Assembly (NCBI RefSeq): GCF_036321535.1
Contig: NC_087436.1
Location: 98,024,001 to 98,088,000, forward strand
Length of the DNA: 64,000 bases
From: Camelus dromedarius
Taxonomy: Eukaryota
Direction of reading: 5' to 3'
Below, one piece after another: positions 63,401-64,000 of this stretch. Made by a program: the position numbers and the translations under genes. Position 1 is the stretch's first letter; the number at the start of each line of letters is the position of its first letter. The notes under the pieces were generated by a model. The model made no database searches, was not told where the DNA came from, and worked only from the letters and a program-made list of their open reading frames with translations.

Positions 63401-64000
63401 TTGCTCATCATAGTGAGGAATGAAATTCAAGATTAATTTTTACCAAGTTATATGGATGATGATAAAAAAGTAAAAAAATAAATATAAAATGCAAGTCTTT
63501 TGATTCCCCAACAGTCTTACGTGGCATATTTACAGAAATTTCTGAGTGGCAGATTTTCAACAAGTCATCAAGTTCCCCTGATGTGGTGCCATGTCACATT
63601 TTCTCCCAATGAGAGACACCGATTTCATTAGCAAAAATCTCTGAAAAACTCATCTTTTGAAGGTTAAGAGGGGGCTCTTCCTTGAACTCATTGTATCTTC
63701 TCTTATTCTGTAGAGTTCACTCTCATTCCTTATTATTCTGATTCTCTGTTAACATTAATTAATTTATATATCACACTTTCCCTATTCAAATTATTCTGTG
63801 ATTTCTCTCTCCATTGTACTCTGATAACAAACAAGCACATAAGAGTTTTGATGAAGATCCAGACATAAGTAGCAAGGACATACCTACACTGAATAGTTTG
63901 TGTCCCTCAACCTAAAAGGGACTGGTAGACAGAGAAGAGAATAAAATATAGGTCAAATATAAATGCAGAACAGGAATGCAGTGAGATGCATTCCTACTTA

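Noticed and set aside
1..64000. Strand bias of L1s around the CpG island as evidence of divergent transcription
   Set aside because: L1s left of the island are mostly +, but those on the right are mixed and the ERVs do not follow the pattern; too few elements to conclude

Overview
AT-rich eutherian (probably laurasiatherian) genomic DNA made mostly of old interspersed repeats. I see no convincing host protein-coding exon, and the supplied ORFs are chance ORFs or decayed retroelement frames. Main content: (1) a degenerate but structurally complete class III (ERV-L-like, MER70-like LTRs) provirus at ~1.86-8.44 kb, with pro, RT, RNase H and IN remnants and a gamma-type env TM (ISD plus CX6CC), interrupted by an L1 3' end and a 97-bp poly-C tract; (2) an ERV1 fragment ending in a MER41-like LTR that stops in a poly(A) tail and carries a GAS motif (~8.7-10.24 kb); (3) three further ERV-L internal remnants (~17.3-18.2, 28-32.1, 39.6-40.9 kb) and an ERV1 LTR with a tRNA-Ser-like PBS (~33.3-34.5 kb); (4) many L1M, L2, MIR, MLT1/MLT2, MER5A and MER53 copies; (5) one orphan CpG island (~38.2-38.8 kb) with CTCF- and RFX-like motifs, a CACGC array and splice donors on both strands. 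Repeat family names come from recalled consensus similarity, not a database search, and boundaries are approximate. I cannot claim a new biological system from sequence alone. The best leads are the env-bearing class III provirus, the poly(A)-tailed MER41-like element and the orphan CpG-island promoter.
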